NCBI GenBank assembly: GCA_964630515.1
Contig: CAZVVP010000001.1
Location: 1,139 to 65,138 of the forward strand
Length of the DNA: 64,000 nt
Direction of reading: 5' to 3'
Source of the DNA: an uncultured Christensenella sp.
Lineage (GTDB): Bacteria > Bacillota > Clostridia > Christensenellales > UBA1242
The notes beneath the pieces were generated by a model. That model was not told the origin of the DNA. It saw nothing but the letters and a program-made list of their open reading frames with translations, and ran no database searches. Below, in pieces: positions 18,429 to 27,151 of this stretch; position 1 is the first letter of the stretch, and every line of letters starts with the position of its first letter. A program made the translations under genes and the position numbers.

Positions 18429-21116
18429 ATGATAACATTAAAGAATTTAACTAAGAGTGTAATAAGAGACGGTCAAGAAATTGAGGCATTGAGTAAAATT
18501 AATCTTCAGTTTGGCGATACAGGTCTAGTAGCAATTAAAGGCGGAGTTAGGGCAGGTAAAACCTGTCTTCTAAGGGTGCTTGCACAAGAGGATACATATA
18601 ACTCTGGAAATATGTTTGTTGACGGTGTGGATATTGGACTTCTTACAGACAAAGAGATTCAGAATTACAGAACACACTACGTTGGCATGGTTACAAGTCA
18701 AGATGATATTATGCCTAACTTAACGCTTGCAGAAAATATGTCGCTTGGAACAGCGTTTGGTCGAATCAAGCCAAGTAGTGAAACTTTGGCTGCATTATAT
18801 ACAAGTTTAGGTTTACTTAAAGTAGTTAATGTTCCAGCACATAAATGTAGTAAAGAAGAGAGAATTTGTGCGGGCTTTGGAAGACTTCTTATTAAGAGTC
18901 CTAAGGTTATGCTTATTGACGACATTGACAGTGGACTAGATGTCGATTCTTCACTTCGTATTTGGAGAATATTAAAAGAGGCAAGTGAGACACATCTAGT
19001 AATTGTGGTGTCTGATAGTGATCCATATATTTCTAAATTTGCAGACAGAGTTATTACTATGGATAATGGTAAAGTAACTTCTGATGTTGGTAGTGACAAA
19101 AAAACTCAAAGCAATGTTTTAGAGCAAAGCATGATTGATAAATCTATATTTGTTAGAAAACATAGATTTACATTCTCAGCTGTATTTAAGACTATAAAGC
19201 AAATGTTAATTTCTAATTACAAGTCCATGATAAATTCAATGGTTTTTGCTTTCCTTTTAGTTATTGGATTTGTGCTTAGTAGCACACTTTGTACATTTAA
19301 TACAACTCAGACAATTGCAAAGTCCAGCAAGGAGCATGGGGACAAATATATTGAGTTTTATAAAGAAGCGGATAATGGGACAAGAGAAGCATTAAACTAC
19401 GATTCTACTATAGAAGATACTATTATTGCTGTTTTGCAAAATGAGGATTTAAGCTATTTTTGTGCAAAACATGAGATTAACTGGCAGACGAATATCTTAA
19501 AAGATTTCCAAATGTCATCACTAATTACAAATAGTGAGGAGTTGGAGAAAGGTCAGACTAACAAATTTAATCAAAAAATATTGGCAGGAAATTATACAGG
19601 TAGTGGGGCATTTGTTAACGATGAGAGTCATGGAACAGATGTTGTCATCTCCGACTATGTTGCAGAACTTATAATTAAATATGGGATTGAGTATGGATTC
19701 CCAGCTGGGCAAAACCTTTCTGGTGGGTTTAGAAATGTGGAATTATATGAGATGCTTGTATCTACTAGTAATCAACAAAATGTCAATTTTGAGATGAATG
19801 GCACATCATATAATATTGTTGGAATTTATGAGACAGACTTTGATAACTATGTAAATAGTGATATGAGTGTAAAATCTGGCATGGAAGATATATTTGAGTA
19901 TAATTTGGCTAATATTTACTCAGTTTGTCATGTAAATACCAATTTCTACACAATTAATGCACGTAGAGAGGGAAGTATTACAATTGCAGGTACTAGCATT
20001 GGTTTCTATTCTAGTGCGGAGAATAATCATACTAAAGAGTTGTTACAAAATGATGTAAAAATTGTAAATGGTGCTAATGACCCATATATAAGCAAAATTA
20101 AAGAAAACTCTGCTAATTTTACAAAAGCAGTAGGCAAAACTTCTAACTATGTATATGTTTCTTGGGATATTATGCAAAAAATGATTAGTAGTTATCTTAA
20201 CACTAATTATGATGCGGAATATCTTGTAAATAACTGTACTAGTGTGTCTAGGTTACTAGGAGAGATTCAAGATAGATATAGAATCCAATTTGGTGGTTAT
20301 GATAAAATATTTAATATTTCTGCAATAATTCCAGATGTAGATGTGACTAATACAATAGTTGTATCTGGAAAGAAGCCTAGTGAGACAGCTGATTCAAGTA
20401 CAAGGTCTGCGTTTGAATATCTATACTTATCAAAAAATATTACTACAAATGGAGTTGTAATGCCTGTAGGCTTATTTAATGTGAGTGAGATTGAGAATTG
20501 TATCAAGACTATGAATTCTTTAGGATATACAATTAACACTCTTGCAGGGGAGACAATTTCTGGCGTAAGCGATACTTTAAGTAATTTGAGAGTAGTGTTT
20601 ATAATTGTAGCGCTTGGGGTCGCAGTTTGCTTAGTACTTCTAATGATTTCTTATATAAGAAAGTTATATATGAGAAATACTAGGACAATTGGACTTCTTA
20701 GAAGTTATGGTTGCACCAAGTATAATATAAGCTTTACAATAACTTTGCTTGCAATGGTTAGTGTACTTATAGCAATAATACTAGGAACATTTGTGACTTG
20801 GTTGTTTACTCTTATTGGAAATGCCTTAATGATGTCATCTTATGTATTTGCAGTAAGTATATTTAGTGTTAATATGTTAATTGTATCTATATTTGCAATT
20901 TGTATACTTGGAAGCTGTGCTATAATTGCTCCTTATGTATGTGATAAATTCCAGAATTTGCAACCTATATATATGATTAATTACGAAAAGACTTTTGGTA
21001 AAAAATCTAAGAAGAATAAAAATGATGATGAAGAAGAAGAGTCTAGTGAAGATGGCGTAGAGGAAGTGAAAGTTACAGAATCTAAAGAGTCAAAAGAAGA
21101 AAAGAAAGAAAAGTAA
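18429..21116 (+). CDS. MacB-like ABC transporter, fused N-terminal ATPase and FtsX-type permease, with degenerate catalytic motifs
   Basis: The ATPase part has Walker A GGVRAGKT, Q-loop region VTSQDD and Walker B-like VMLIDD. A TM helix (MINSMVFAFLLVIGFVLSSTL) and a ~430-aa extracytoplasmic domain follow. The C-terminus is an FtsX-like 3-TM bundle (VVFIIVALGVAVCLVLLMISY, RTIGLLRSYGCTK...) and then a K/E/D-rich tail. Confidence 0.8.
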   Translation: MITLKNLTKSVIRDGQEIEALSKINLQFGDTGLVAIKGGVRAGKTCLLRVLAQEDTYNSGNMFVDGVDIGLLTDKEIQNYRTHYVGMVTSQDDIMPNLTLAENMSLGTAFGRIKPSSETLAALYTSLGLLKVVNVPAHKCSKEERICAGFGRLLIKSPKVMLIDDIDSGLDVDSSLRIWRILKEASETHLVIVVSDSDPYISKFADRVITMDNGKVTSDVGSDKKTQSNVLEQSMIDKSIFVRKHRFTFSAVFKTIKQMLISNYKSMINSMVFAFLLVIGFVLSSTLCTFNTTQTIAKSSKEHGDKYIEFYKEADNGTREALNYDSTIEDTIIAVLQNEDLSYFCAKHEINWQTNILKDFQMSSLITNSEELEKGQTNKFNQKILAGNYTGSGAFVNDESHGTDVVISDYVAELIIKYGIEYGFPAGQNLSGGFRNVELYEMLVSTSNQQNVNFEMNGTSYNIVGIYETDFDNYVNSDMSVKSGMEDIFEYNLANIYSVCHVNTNFYTINARREGSITIAGTSIGFYSSAENNHTKELLQNDVKIVNGANDPYISKIKENSANFTKAVGKTSNYVYVSWDIMQKMISSYLNTNYDAEYLVNNCTSVSRLLGEIQDRYRIQFGGYDKIFNISAIIPDVDVTNTIVVSGKKPSETADSSTRSAFEYLYLSKNITTNGVVMPVGLFNVSEIENCIKTMNSLGYTINTLAGETISGVSDTLSNLRVVFIIVALGVAVCLVLLMISYIRKLYMRNTRTIGLLRSYGCTKYNISFTITLLAMVSVLIAIILGTFVTWLFTLIGNALMMSSYVFAVSIFSVNMLIVSIFAICILGSCAIIAPYVCDKFQNLQPIYMINYEKTFGKKSKKNKNDDEEEESSEDGVEEVKVTESKESKEEKKEK

Positions 21117-21123
21117 TATTAAT

Positions 21124-21168
21124 AACACTGGCCAATATATCATTTGCATATAGTGCCAGTGTTTTTTT
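21124..21168 (+). terminator. rho-independent terminator after the ABC gene
   Basis: aacactggc (21124-21132) pairs with gccagtgtt (21155-21163), followed by a T-run to 21168. Confidence 0.7.
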
Positions 21169-21200
21169 GAAATTATATAGAAGAATTTGGGACAAAAGTG

Positions 21201-21229
21201 TTGACAAGTATGATTTTGTCTGATATAAT
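21201..21229 (+). promoter_or_regulatory. consensus sigma-A promoter of rplJL
   Basis: TTGACA (21201-21206), exactly 17 nt spacer, TATAAT (21224-21229). Confidence 0.75.
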
Positions 21230-21381
21230 TTCTTTCGTAAAATAAAATTTGGTCTTTGCCAAAGACAGCAAGTGGAATTGATTTTCCGTAAGTCTTGCCG
21301 AGGGAAAGTGTTGATTGGTATATTTGGTTTTGTCCTTATAATCCTTTGATGCTTCTATTGGCATTAGAGGATTTTTATTTT
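21230..21381 (+). promoter_or_regulatory. ribosomal protein L10 leader (attenuation-type) candidate
   Basis: A ~190-nt untranslated leader lies between the promoter and rplJ. It has internal hairpins (gtctttg..caaagac) and a terminal attenuator hairpin, aatcctttgatgc...gcattagaggatt (21340-21372), followed by tttttatttt. Position and architecture match the Firmicute L10 leader. Confidence 0.6.
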
Positions 21382-21418
21382 GCAAATAAGGGTGTAAAAA
21401 ATAATATAAGGAGAGACT

Positions 21419-21907
21419 ATGAGCGCAAATTTGGACGTTAAGAAGAAACTTGTTGCCGATATTCAAGAACAACTAAAGACTGCAAATAGCATGGTGTTTG
21501 TTGATTATCGTGGCATTACAGTTGCTGAAGATACTGAATTAAGAAAAGCTTTTAGAGAAGCTGGTGTTGTATACAAAGTTTTCAAGAACAGACTTCTTAT
21601 GAAAGCATTAGACAATATCGGTATCACTGGCTATGATGCTAAGAATTTCGAAGGCACAACTGCTGTTGCTTTCTCAACTGATGAAGTTGCTCCAGCAAGA
21701 ATTTTCTGCGAAACTGCTGAGAAAATTGGCAAAATGGAAGTTAAGTTCGCTATCGTTAATGGCGAAATCATGGACAAGGCACAAACAGAAGCTTTGGCAA
21801 AAGTCCCAAGCAAACCTGTACTTATCTCTATGCTTATGTCTGTACTACAAGGACCTATGTCAGCTATGGCTAGGGCTTTAAATGAGATAGCTAAGAAACA
21901 AGCGTAA
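21419..21907 (+). CDS. rplJ: 50S ribosomal protein L10 (uL10)
   Basis: The sequence MSANLDVKKKLVADIQEQLKTANSMVFVDYRGITVAEDTELRKAFREAGVVYKVFKNRL is typical uL10. SD aaggagag precedes the start, and rplL follows. Confidence 0.95.
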   Translation: MSANLDVKKKLVADIQEQLKTANSMVFVDYRGITVAEDTELRKAFREAGVVYKVFKNRLLMKALDNIGITGYDAKNFEGTTAVAFSTDEVAPARIFCETAEKIGKMEVKFAIVNGEIMDKAQTEALAKVPSKPVLISMLMSVLQGPMSAMARALNEIAKKQA

Positions 21908-21963
21908 GTTTACAAAATAACGCAAAAATTAAATTATTAAAAAATTTTTAAGGAGAAATTAAA

Positions 21964-22332
21964 ATGGCTGATTTAAATAAAATCGTTGAACAAATCGAAA
22001 GCCTAACTGTATTAGAAGTTAGCGAATTAGTAAAAATGTTAGAAGAGAAATTTGGCGTTAGTGCTGCTGCTCAAGTTGCTGTTGCTGCTGCTGGTCCAGC
22101 TGCTGCCGCTGCTGAAGAAAAGAGCGAATTCAATGTAATCTTAAAGGAAGCTGGTGCTAATAAGATTGCTGTTATCAAGATCGTTAAGGAAATCACTGGT
22201 CTTGGTCTAGGCGAAGCTAAAGCTTTAGTTGATGGTGCTCCTGCAACTGTTAAGGAAAATGTTCCTACAGAAGAAGCTAAAGAGATGGAAGCTAAACTTA
22301 AAGAAGCTGGCGCTACTGTAGAGCTTAAGTAA
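21964..22332 (+). CDS. rplL: 50S ribosomal protein L7/L12 (bL12)
   Basis: Alanine-rich hinge [20 protein letters not shown] and a C-terminal domain [26 protein letters not shown]...[12 protein letters not shown]. Confidence 0.97.
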   Translation: MADLNKIVEQIESLTVLEVSELVKMLEEKFGVSAAAQVAVAAAGPAAAAAEEKSEFNVILKEAGANKIAVIKIVKEITGLGLGEAKALVDGAPATVKENVPTEEAKEMEAKLKEAGATVELK

Positions 22333-22360
22333 TTCTAACTTATATTAAATTTTACAAACC

Positions 22361-22407
22361 AAATAAACACTATACTATGGAGTATAGTGTTTATTTTTTG
22401 TTTTTTT
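22361..22407 (+). terminator. rho-independent terminator after rplL
   Basis: 16-bp stem aaataaacactatact (22361-22376) with agtatagtgtttattt (22381-22396), loop atgg, then a T-run. Confidence 0.8.
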
Positions 22408-22412
22408 AAAAA

Positions 22413-22441
22413 AAGTGTCTTAAAATTTGCTTAAGACACTT
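22413..22441 (-). terminator. rho-independent terminator after rplI (minus strand)
   Basis: aagtgtcttaa (22413-22423) pairs with ttaagacactt (22431-22441). On the minus strand it is followed by a T-run (the A-run at 22408-22414). Confidence 0.7.
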
Positions 22442-22483
22442 CTTCTAATTATAAGCTTGGATAGCTTATTTGTTTGATTTATA

Positions 22484-22924
22484 TTATTCTGCGACTACAT
22501 TACAAGCTAATTTAATTGATACAGTCGGGTGTAATTTCACAGTAGCTGTATACTGTCCTACTTGCTTGATTGTATCAATATCAATCTTCTTCTTGTCAAC
22601 ATCAAAGCCTAATTTGGATAAAGCTTCTGCAATTTCTTTGTTAGTGACAGAGCCAAAAGTTTTGCCGGTTGCTCCACATTTGATTGGAAGAGTTACTATG
22701 ACATCTTTCATCTTTTCTCCCATTTCTACAGCTTTTAGTCTTTCTTGTTCAGCTTTGTATGCGTTGCTTGCTTGAGCTTGTTTTGCTTCATTTAGATTAG
22801 TTGCAGTTCCTGCCAAAGCATAGCCATTTGGGATTAAAAAGTTATTAGCATAACCATTATTTACTTCAATAATTTCGCCTTTTTTTCCTTTGCCTTTAAG
22901 GTCTTTAAGTAAAACAATTTTCAT
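22484..22924 (-). CDS. rplI: 50S ribosomal protein L9 (bL9)
   Basis: MKIVLLKDLKGKGKKGEIIEVNNGYANNFLIPNGYALAGTATNLNE is the canonical L9 N-domain. The gene is monocistronic, between its own promoter and terminator. Confidence 0.95.
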   Translation of the reverse strand: MKIVLLKDLKGKGKKGEIIEVNNGYANNFLIPNGYALAGTATNLNEAKQAQASNAYKAEQERLKAVEMGEKMKDVIVTLPIKCGATGKTFGSVTNKEIAEALSKLGFDVDKKKIDIDTIKQVGQYTATVKLHPTVSIKLACNVVAE

Positions 22925-22955
22925 AATTTATTCTCCTAAAGTAATATTAGTATTT

Positions 22956-22984
22956 ATTTTAGCGGAAGTGGAAGTTATTGTCAA
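22956..22984 (-). promoter_or_regulatory. sigma-A promoter of rplI (minus strand)
   Basis: On the minus strand: TTGACA (complement of 22979-22984), 17-nt spacer, TAAAAT (complement of 22956-22961). Confidence 0.6.
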
Positions 22985-23081
22985 ATAATTTTGTTAATAG
23001 GAGTATATCATTATTCTTAAATTTAGCAAGCATATATTCTAACAATATTGAGAATAATAGAAATGTAAAGGAGAAATAAAA

Positions 23082-23402
23082 ATGGATTTGAAATGTAAGA
23101 AACTTAATTGTAAGAATAACGACAGATATTCTTGTATGAAAGATTGTATAAAAGTATCTGACTCTGCTGAGTGTGACAGCTTTGAAAAAGCAGATAATTT
23201 AGACGAAAAACAAAGACAAGATGTAAGTCAAACAATGTTTGAAACAGCTCCAGATTATCACCCATACAGGCACAAAAGAGAAGTGGATATTGAGTGTGGG
23301 GCAGACTGTCTATTTAACAGTAATCACAAATGTAGAGCAAACGGAATAAGTGTGTGTAATTGTGGAAAAACGCCACTTTGTACAACATTCCTTAAAAAAT
23401 AA
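23082..23402 (+). CDS. cysteine-rich DUF1540-type protein (two Cys modules)
   Basis: Two modules match the C..C..N...C.A..I.V...C..F pattern I associate with DUF1540 of spore-formers. They are KCKKLNCKNNDRYSCMKDCIKVSDSAECDSF and IECGADCLFNSNHKCRANGISVCNCGKTPLCTTF. SD aaaggag precedes the start. Confidence 0.55.
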   Translation: MDLKCKKLNCKNNDRYSCMKDCIKVSDSAECDSFEKADNLDEKQRQDVSQTMFETAPDYHPYRHKREVDIECGADCLFNSNHKCRANGISVCNCGKTPLCTTFLKK

Positions 23403-23404
23403 AA

Positions 23405-23439
23405 AAAATTATAAGTCAATAATGGCTTATAATTTTTTT
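23405..23439. terminator. bidirectional terminator between convergent genes
   Basis: aaaattataag (23405-23415) pairs with cttataatttt (23426-23436), with A-runs and T-runs on both sides. Confidence 0.65.
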
Positions 23440-23444
23440 ATTCC

Positions 23445-24635
23445 TTAAATTTCGATTGTTTCTAAGTAATCAAGAACTTCTTTAATCTTAACAGCGGCTT
23501 CGTCCATCTGTTCTTTAGTGTGAGTCGCTGTATAGCTAGTTCTAATCAAACTTTGTCCTTCTGGGGTAGAAGGTGGAACTGCAGGATTTGCATAAACTCC
23601 ACGCTCAGCAAGAAGTTTGCAAGCAAGGAAAGTCTTTTTCGCATCATATGTATAGATAGGGATAATTGGGGTGTTGTCAATCTCTACAATTTTTACACCA
23701 AGTGATTTAAGTTTTTGTCTCATATAATTAGAGATATCAAGAAGTGCTTTAACTCGTTCTGGGTGTTCTTTAAGAATCTTTAAAGACGCTCTTGCACAAG
23801 CTACACTAGCAGGGGTGATTGATGCTGAGAAGATAAATGGACGGGAAGAGTGTTTAACGTAGTCAACAACTTCTTTCTTTGCTGCCATGTATCCGCCAAG
23901 ACTTGCTAAGGATTTAGAGAAAGTTCCCATATATATATCTACTTCATCTTCTAAATCAAAATACTCTGCAGTACCTCTTCCATGTTTGCCAAGAACTCCT
24001 AGTGCATGTGCATCATCAACCATTATTCTTGCTCCATATTGTTTAGCAAGTTTAACAATTTCTGGAAGTTTACAAATATCACCACTCATACTGAATACAC
24101 CATCAGTAACAATTAAGATACCTTTGTCTTCTGGAACTGATTTAAGTTGTCTTTCCAAATCTTCCATGTCGCTATGATTGTATCTTAGAAGTTTGGCATA
24201 ACTAAGTCTGCAGGCATCATAAATACTAGCATGGTTTTCTTTGTCGCCAATAATTACATCATTTCTTCCAGCGATTGCGGAAATTATACCTAGATTAGAC
24301 TGAAATCCTGTACTAAAGGTCATAACTGCTTCTTTGTTAAGAAACTCTGCCAACTCTTCTTCCAAAAGTACGTGTTGGTCAAGAGTTCCATTTAGGAATC
24401 TTGAACCAGAGCAACCAGAGCCATATTTCTCTAGAGCTTCAATTCCTGCTTGAACTACATCTGGGTGAGAAGTAAGTCCAAGATAGTTGTTAGAACCTAT
24501 CATAATAGTTCTTTTTCCATTCATTATAACTTCTGTATCTTGACCTGTTTCTAATGTTTGGAAGTAGGGATAAATTCCTTCCTCTCTAATTTCGTTTAAT
24601 AGTGTAAATGAGCCACATTTGTCAAATAAATCCAT
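23445..24635 (-). CDS. PLP-dependent alpha-oxoamine synthase, serine palmitoyltransferase-like
   Basis: Motifs are SNNYLGL, GSGCSGSRFLNGT, FSTGFQSNLGIIS, ENHASIYD, DGVFSMSGD, VDDAHALG and GTFSKSLASLGGY (PLP lysine). The RFLNGT / STGxxxNLG / GTFSKS combination resembles SPT more than KBL (SVRFICGT, GTLGKA) or BioF. Confidence 0.8.
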   Translation of the reverse strand: MDLFDKCGSFTLLNEIREEGIYPYFQTLETGQDTEVIMNGKRTIMIGSNNYLGLTSHPDVVQAGIEALEKYGSGCSGSRFLNGTLDQHVLLEEELAEFLNKEAVMTFSTGFQSNLGIISAIAGRNDVIIGDKENHASIYDACRLSYAKLLRYNHSDMEDLERQLKSVPEDKGILIVTDGVFSMSGDICKLPEIVKLAKQYGARIMVDDAHALGVLGKHGRGTAEYFDLEDEVDIYMGTFSKSLASLGGYMAAKKEVVDYVKHSSRPFIFSASITPASVACARASLKILKEHPERVKALLDISNYMRQKLKSLGVKIVEIDNTPIIPIYTYDAKKTFLACKLLAERGVYANPAVPPSTPEGQSLIRTSYTATHTKEQMDEAAVKIKEVLDYLETIEI

Positions 24636-24646
24636 TTGTTAATTTA

Positions 24647-24683
24647 ATCTACTTATGTAAATTTGAAAGTAGATATCTCCCCC
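24647..24683 (-). promoter_or_regulatory. distant SD (GGGGGAG) separated from the start codon by a hairpin
   Basis: On the minus strand GGGGGAG (complement of 24677-24683) lies 41 nt before the ATG at 24635. An 8-bp hairpin (24647-24654 with 24667-24674) sits between them. No SD is present in the normal position. Confidence 0.35.
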
Positions 24684-24925
24684 TTAAAAAATATTACTAA
24701 CTCAAACATTATAACATATATCAAAGTAAAATCTAAGTAAATATAAGCCACTTTTTATTTATTTTAACAAAAATTGAATCAGAAGTTTTAGAATATAAAC
24801 TTATAGTTCTTGCAAAATAAAATTAAGTACAAAAATATTAGTAAAAAGTATTTTATTGTGGTATACTAAACTAAACTATTAGTGTAGGGAGTGTCTATAC
24901 TAAAATAGCGAAGGAGAAATGGAAA

Positions 24926-26968
24926 ATGTTTAAATTTTTGTTAGATGGAGGCGTAACCAACGAAGGCTCTACCATCTATGGAAAGTTTACCGACTTTTTG
25001 TATGGTATTGCTAAGAGTTTAGATGAGACCACAATGCTATTTATCGCACTTGGTCTTATTGTGTTGATTACTCTAGTTATTGTAATAGCCAGAAACAATA
25101 CTTATGAGAAGAAATTAATGAAGAGTATTAAGTCAACTAACAAGTTTCTTAATAAGAATCCTTATGTTACAGAAGAAAATTTAGTAGAGTTAAATGCTAA
25201 GATGAAGGCTTCTCCTAAGACTTTGAGACATAGCTGGCAAGAATATATGCTTAATAGGGAGAAATTGCCTAGTGAGTATATGAATACAGAAACTGTTATT
25301 GACCACCCATGCAAAGCAAGTGGATATAAGACAAGTATTAGGATTTGTAAGAACTTATATATAATTAGTGCAATTCTTATGGCTCTATTACTTTTTAGCC
25401 GTGTTCTTGCTAATTTCAGCACAGAAGAATTATCACAACTTCAAACAAACCAGTTAATTATTAAATCATTATTTGACGTTATGTTAATTCCAGGACTTCT
25501 ACTATTTGTAGGCTTTATAATAATTGCAATTTTTGAGTCATCATATGCATCATTCACTAATGATTTGTTTTATGAATACAGAGAATTTCAGGGCTATATC
25601 AATAAGGCTTGTACAACAATGCCACCTTATATTGATTACGAAATTCTATTTACTCAGAAGGAAATTAAAGAAGGTATTTCAGTTCTTCAAGAATATCTTG
25701 ACAAGAAAGCTATTCAAGAGCAGAAAGAGAAAGAAGAGAAAGAGCTAGATGCCAAGAATTATGAGAAGTTTGACTTTGACGAACTTGGAGTTGAGGGATC
25801 TATTCTTCTAGAGCGTGCAATGACTGAATGTGAGAAGTACTTTAATATCAAAAGAAATTTGGTCGAAAGACGAACAAGTAAAGAGCAGGAGATTGCCAAT
25901 TATTCTAAGAATTTCGATGAAGTAACTAAAGACTTTGAGAGAAAGTCTCAGACTATCAGAGAAAGTATGAACCAAATTACAGAACAATTAAACAACACTT
26001 CTGTTAAAATTGAAGCAAACTATTTAAAGAAAAGATATGATGAAGAGCAACAAAAGTTACAACAATTAGAGAAAGACCATCAATTATCTGAGGCAAGATT
26101 TAAGAAACAACAAGCTGAACTTCAGGAAGAGTTAAATGCTATTGATGAAGAAGTTGAGTCTAGAAAGAAGAAACTAGAGACAATTATGCTTTCTGAAGGT
26201 AAATCTTATTCTAACAAAATTTATGGACTTATTAATGATATAGTTAACAAACAAAATGAACCTCATATTAAAGAAATGGAAGAGCAAAAGAATGTAATGC
26301 AGAGCGAAATTGATAACATGAGACAAAAGATTGCGTCTTATGAGGTTGATATTAATGCTAAGTCTGATAAGGTTCAAGAGTTAGAGAAAGAGTTGGGTCA
26401 GAAATTAACACAGATTGAGACTATTGATAGTGTTAAAGAATACTTTGGTTCTGATGAGTTTAGAAGAAGAGTATCAACTAGCGGGGCTAAAGAATTTGAA
26501 GGTTATGATGACTTAGATAGGCTTCGTGCTAAACTTCTTCATGCAGAAGAACAATTAATGCTTCTAAATGAAAACAAAAATAATTTAGAAATGCAGACAA
26601 AGAGTTTGGCGAAAGAATACGATTCTTTGAAGAAACAAGAAAGTGATTTTAAGAAACTTAAGGAAGAAGAGGATAAGAGACTAAAAGAAGAGGAAATAAA
26701 GAGACAGCAGGCACAAAGTAAGAAGCAAGAGGGCGATTTGGAGAATATAGACTTTGACCAAGTATCCAAAGATATGATAAAGTCTGCCACAGAGCAAGCT
26801 AAGGAGAAAAAAGAAGAAGTCAAGGCGGAGGAGCAAAAGAAAGAAGTTGAAAAACAAGAAGTTAAGAAAGAGGCTCTTTCCAAAACAGACAAAATGAATT
26901 CTTTAAATCAGAAGAAAGCTAGCCTTATGAGTTCCTTAGAGAAATTAAAGAAAAATACAAAAAAATAA
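24926..26968 (+). CDS. membrane protein (about 3 TM) with ~450-aa K/E-rich coiled-coil tail, function unknown
   Basis: SD aaggagaa precedes the start. TM segments are MLFIALGLIVLITLVIVIA, LYIISAILMALLLFSRVL and MLIPGLLLFVGFIIIAIF. A long heptad-like E/K/Q-rich region follows to the C-terminus. Confidence 0.75.
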   Translation: MFKFLLDGGVTNEGSTIYGKFTDFLYGIAKSLDETTMLFIALGLIVLITLVIVIARNNTYEKKLMKSIKSTNKFLNKNPYVTEENLVELNAKMKASPKTLRHSWQEYMLNREKLPSEYMNTETVIDHPCKASGYKTSIRICKNLYIISAILMALLLFSRVLANFSTEELSQLQTNQLIIKSLFDVMLIPGLLLFVGFIIIAIFESSYASFTNDLFYEYREFQGYINKACTTMPPYIDYEILFTQKEIKEGISVLQEYLDKKAIQEQKEKEEKELDAKNYEKFDFDELGVEGSILLERAMTECEKYFNIKRNLVERRTSKEQEIANYSKNFDEVTKDFERKSQTIRESMNQITEQLNNTSVKIEANYLKKRYDEEQQKLQQLEKDHQLSEARFKKQQAELQEELNAIDEEVESRKKKLETIMLSEGKSYSNKIYGLINDIVNKQNEPHIKEMEEQKNVMQSEIDNMRQKIASYEVDINAKSDKVQELEKELGQKLTQIETIDSVKEYFGSDEFRRRVSTSGAKEFEGYDDLDRLRAKLLHAEEQLMLLNENKNNLEMQTKSLAKEYDSLKKQESDFKKLKEEEDKRLKEEEIKRQQAQSKKQEGDLENIDFDQVSKDMIKSATEQAKEKKEEVKAEEQKKEVEKQEVKKEALSKTDKMNSLNQKKASLMSSLEKLKKNTKK

Positions 26969-26982
26969 TTAGATATTAATTT

Positions 26983-27018
26983 ACAGATATACTTTAATTA
27001 GTGTATCTGTTTTTTTTC
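26983..27018 (+). terminator. rho-independent terminator
   Basis: acagatatac (26983-26992) pairs with gtgtatctgt (27001-27010) with one G-U pair, then T8. Confidence 0.7.
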
Positions 27019-27081
27019 TAAAAATCATAAACAAATAATACAATTAGACAATATCTTAGAGTCAAGACTTTAGTTATTTAT

Positions 27082-27110
27082 TTGACTTTATATTCATATA
27101 TTTGTATACT
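27082..27110 (+). promoter_or_regulatory. sigma-A promoter of lgt operon
   Basis: TTGACT (27082-27087), 17-nt spacer, TATACT (27105-27110). Confidence 0.6.
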
Positions 27111-27151
27111 AGATTAGTGATAATTTTTTTAAAAAAGGTTTGAGTAATTAT

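Noticed and set aside
18000-21116. The ABC transporter as a dedicated exporter co-transcribed with giant gene 1.
   Set aside because: A good terminator (18065-18106) and a separate promoter and leader lie between them. The giant protein has a Sec-type signal-anchor, so the link is only positional. It is kept as a low-key hypothesis in the findings.
21173-21472. 99-aa minus-strand ORF, plus alternative-frame ORFs 21631-21813 and 21633-21881.
   Set aside because: They overlap the consensus rplJ promoter, the L10 leader and the rplJ coding sequence, so they are shadow ORFs of a highly conserved gene.
22470-22775. 101-aa + strand ORF.
   Set aside because: It is antisense to rplI and begins inside the rplI terminator region.
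24926-26968. ZorA-like (Zorya defence) or MotA/ExbB-type stator with a long coiled-coil tail.
   Set aside because: The topology is superficially similar. However, no MotA/ExbB TM motif was recognised, and there is no ZorB/MotB/OmpA-like partner or ZorC/D-type gene nearby. The neighbours are lgt and a DivIVA-like gene.
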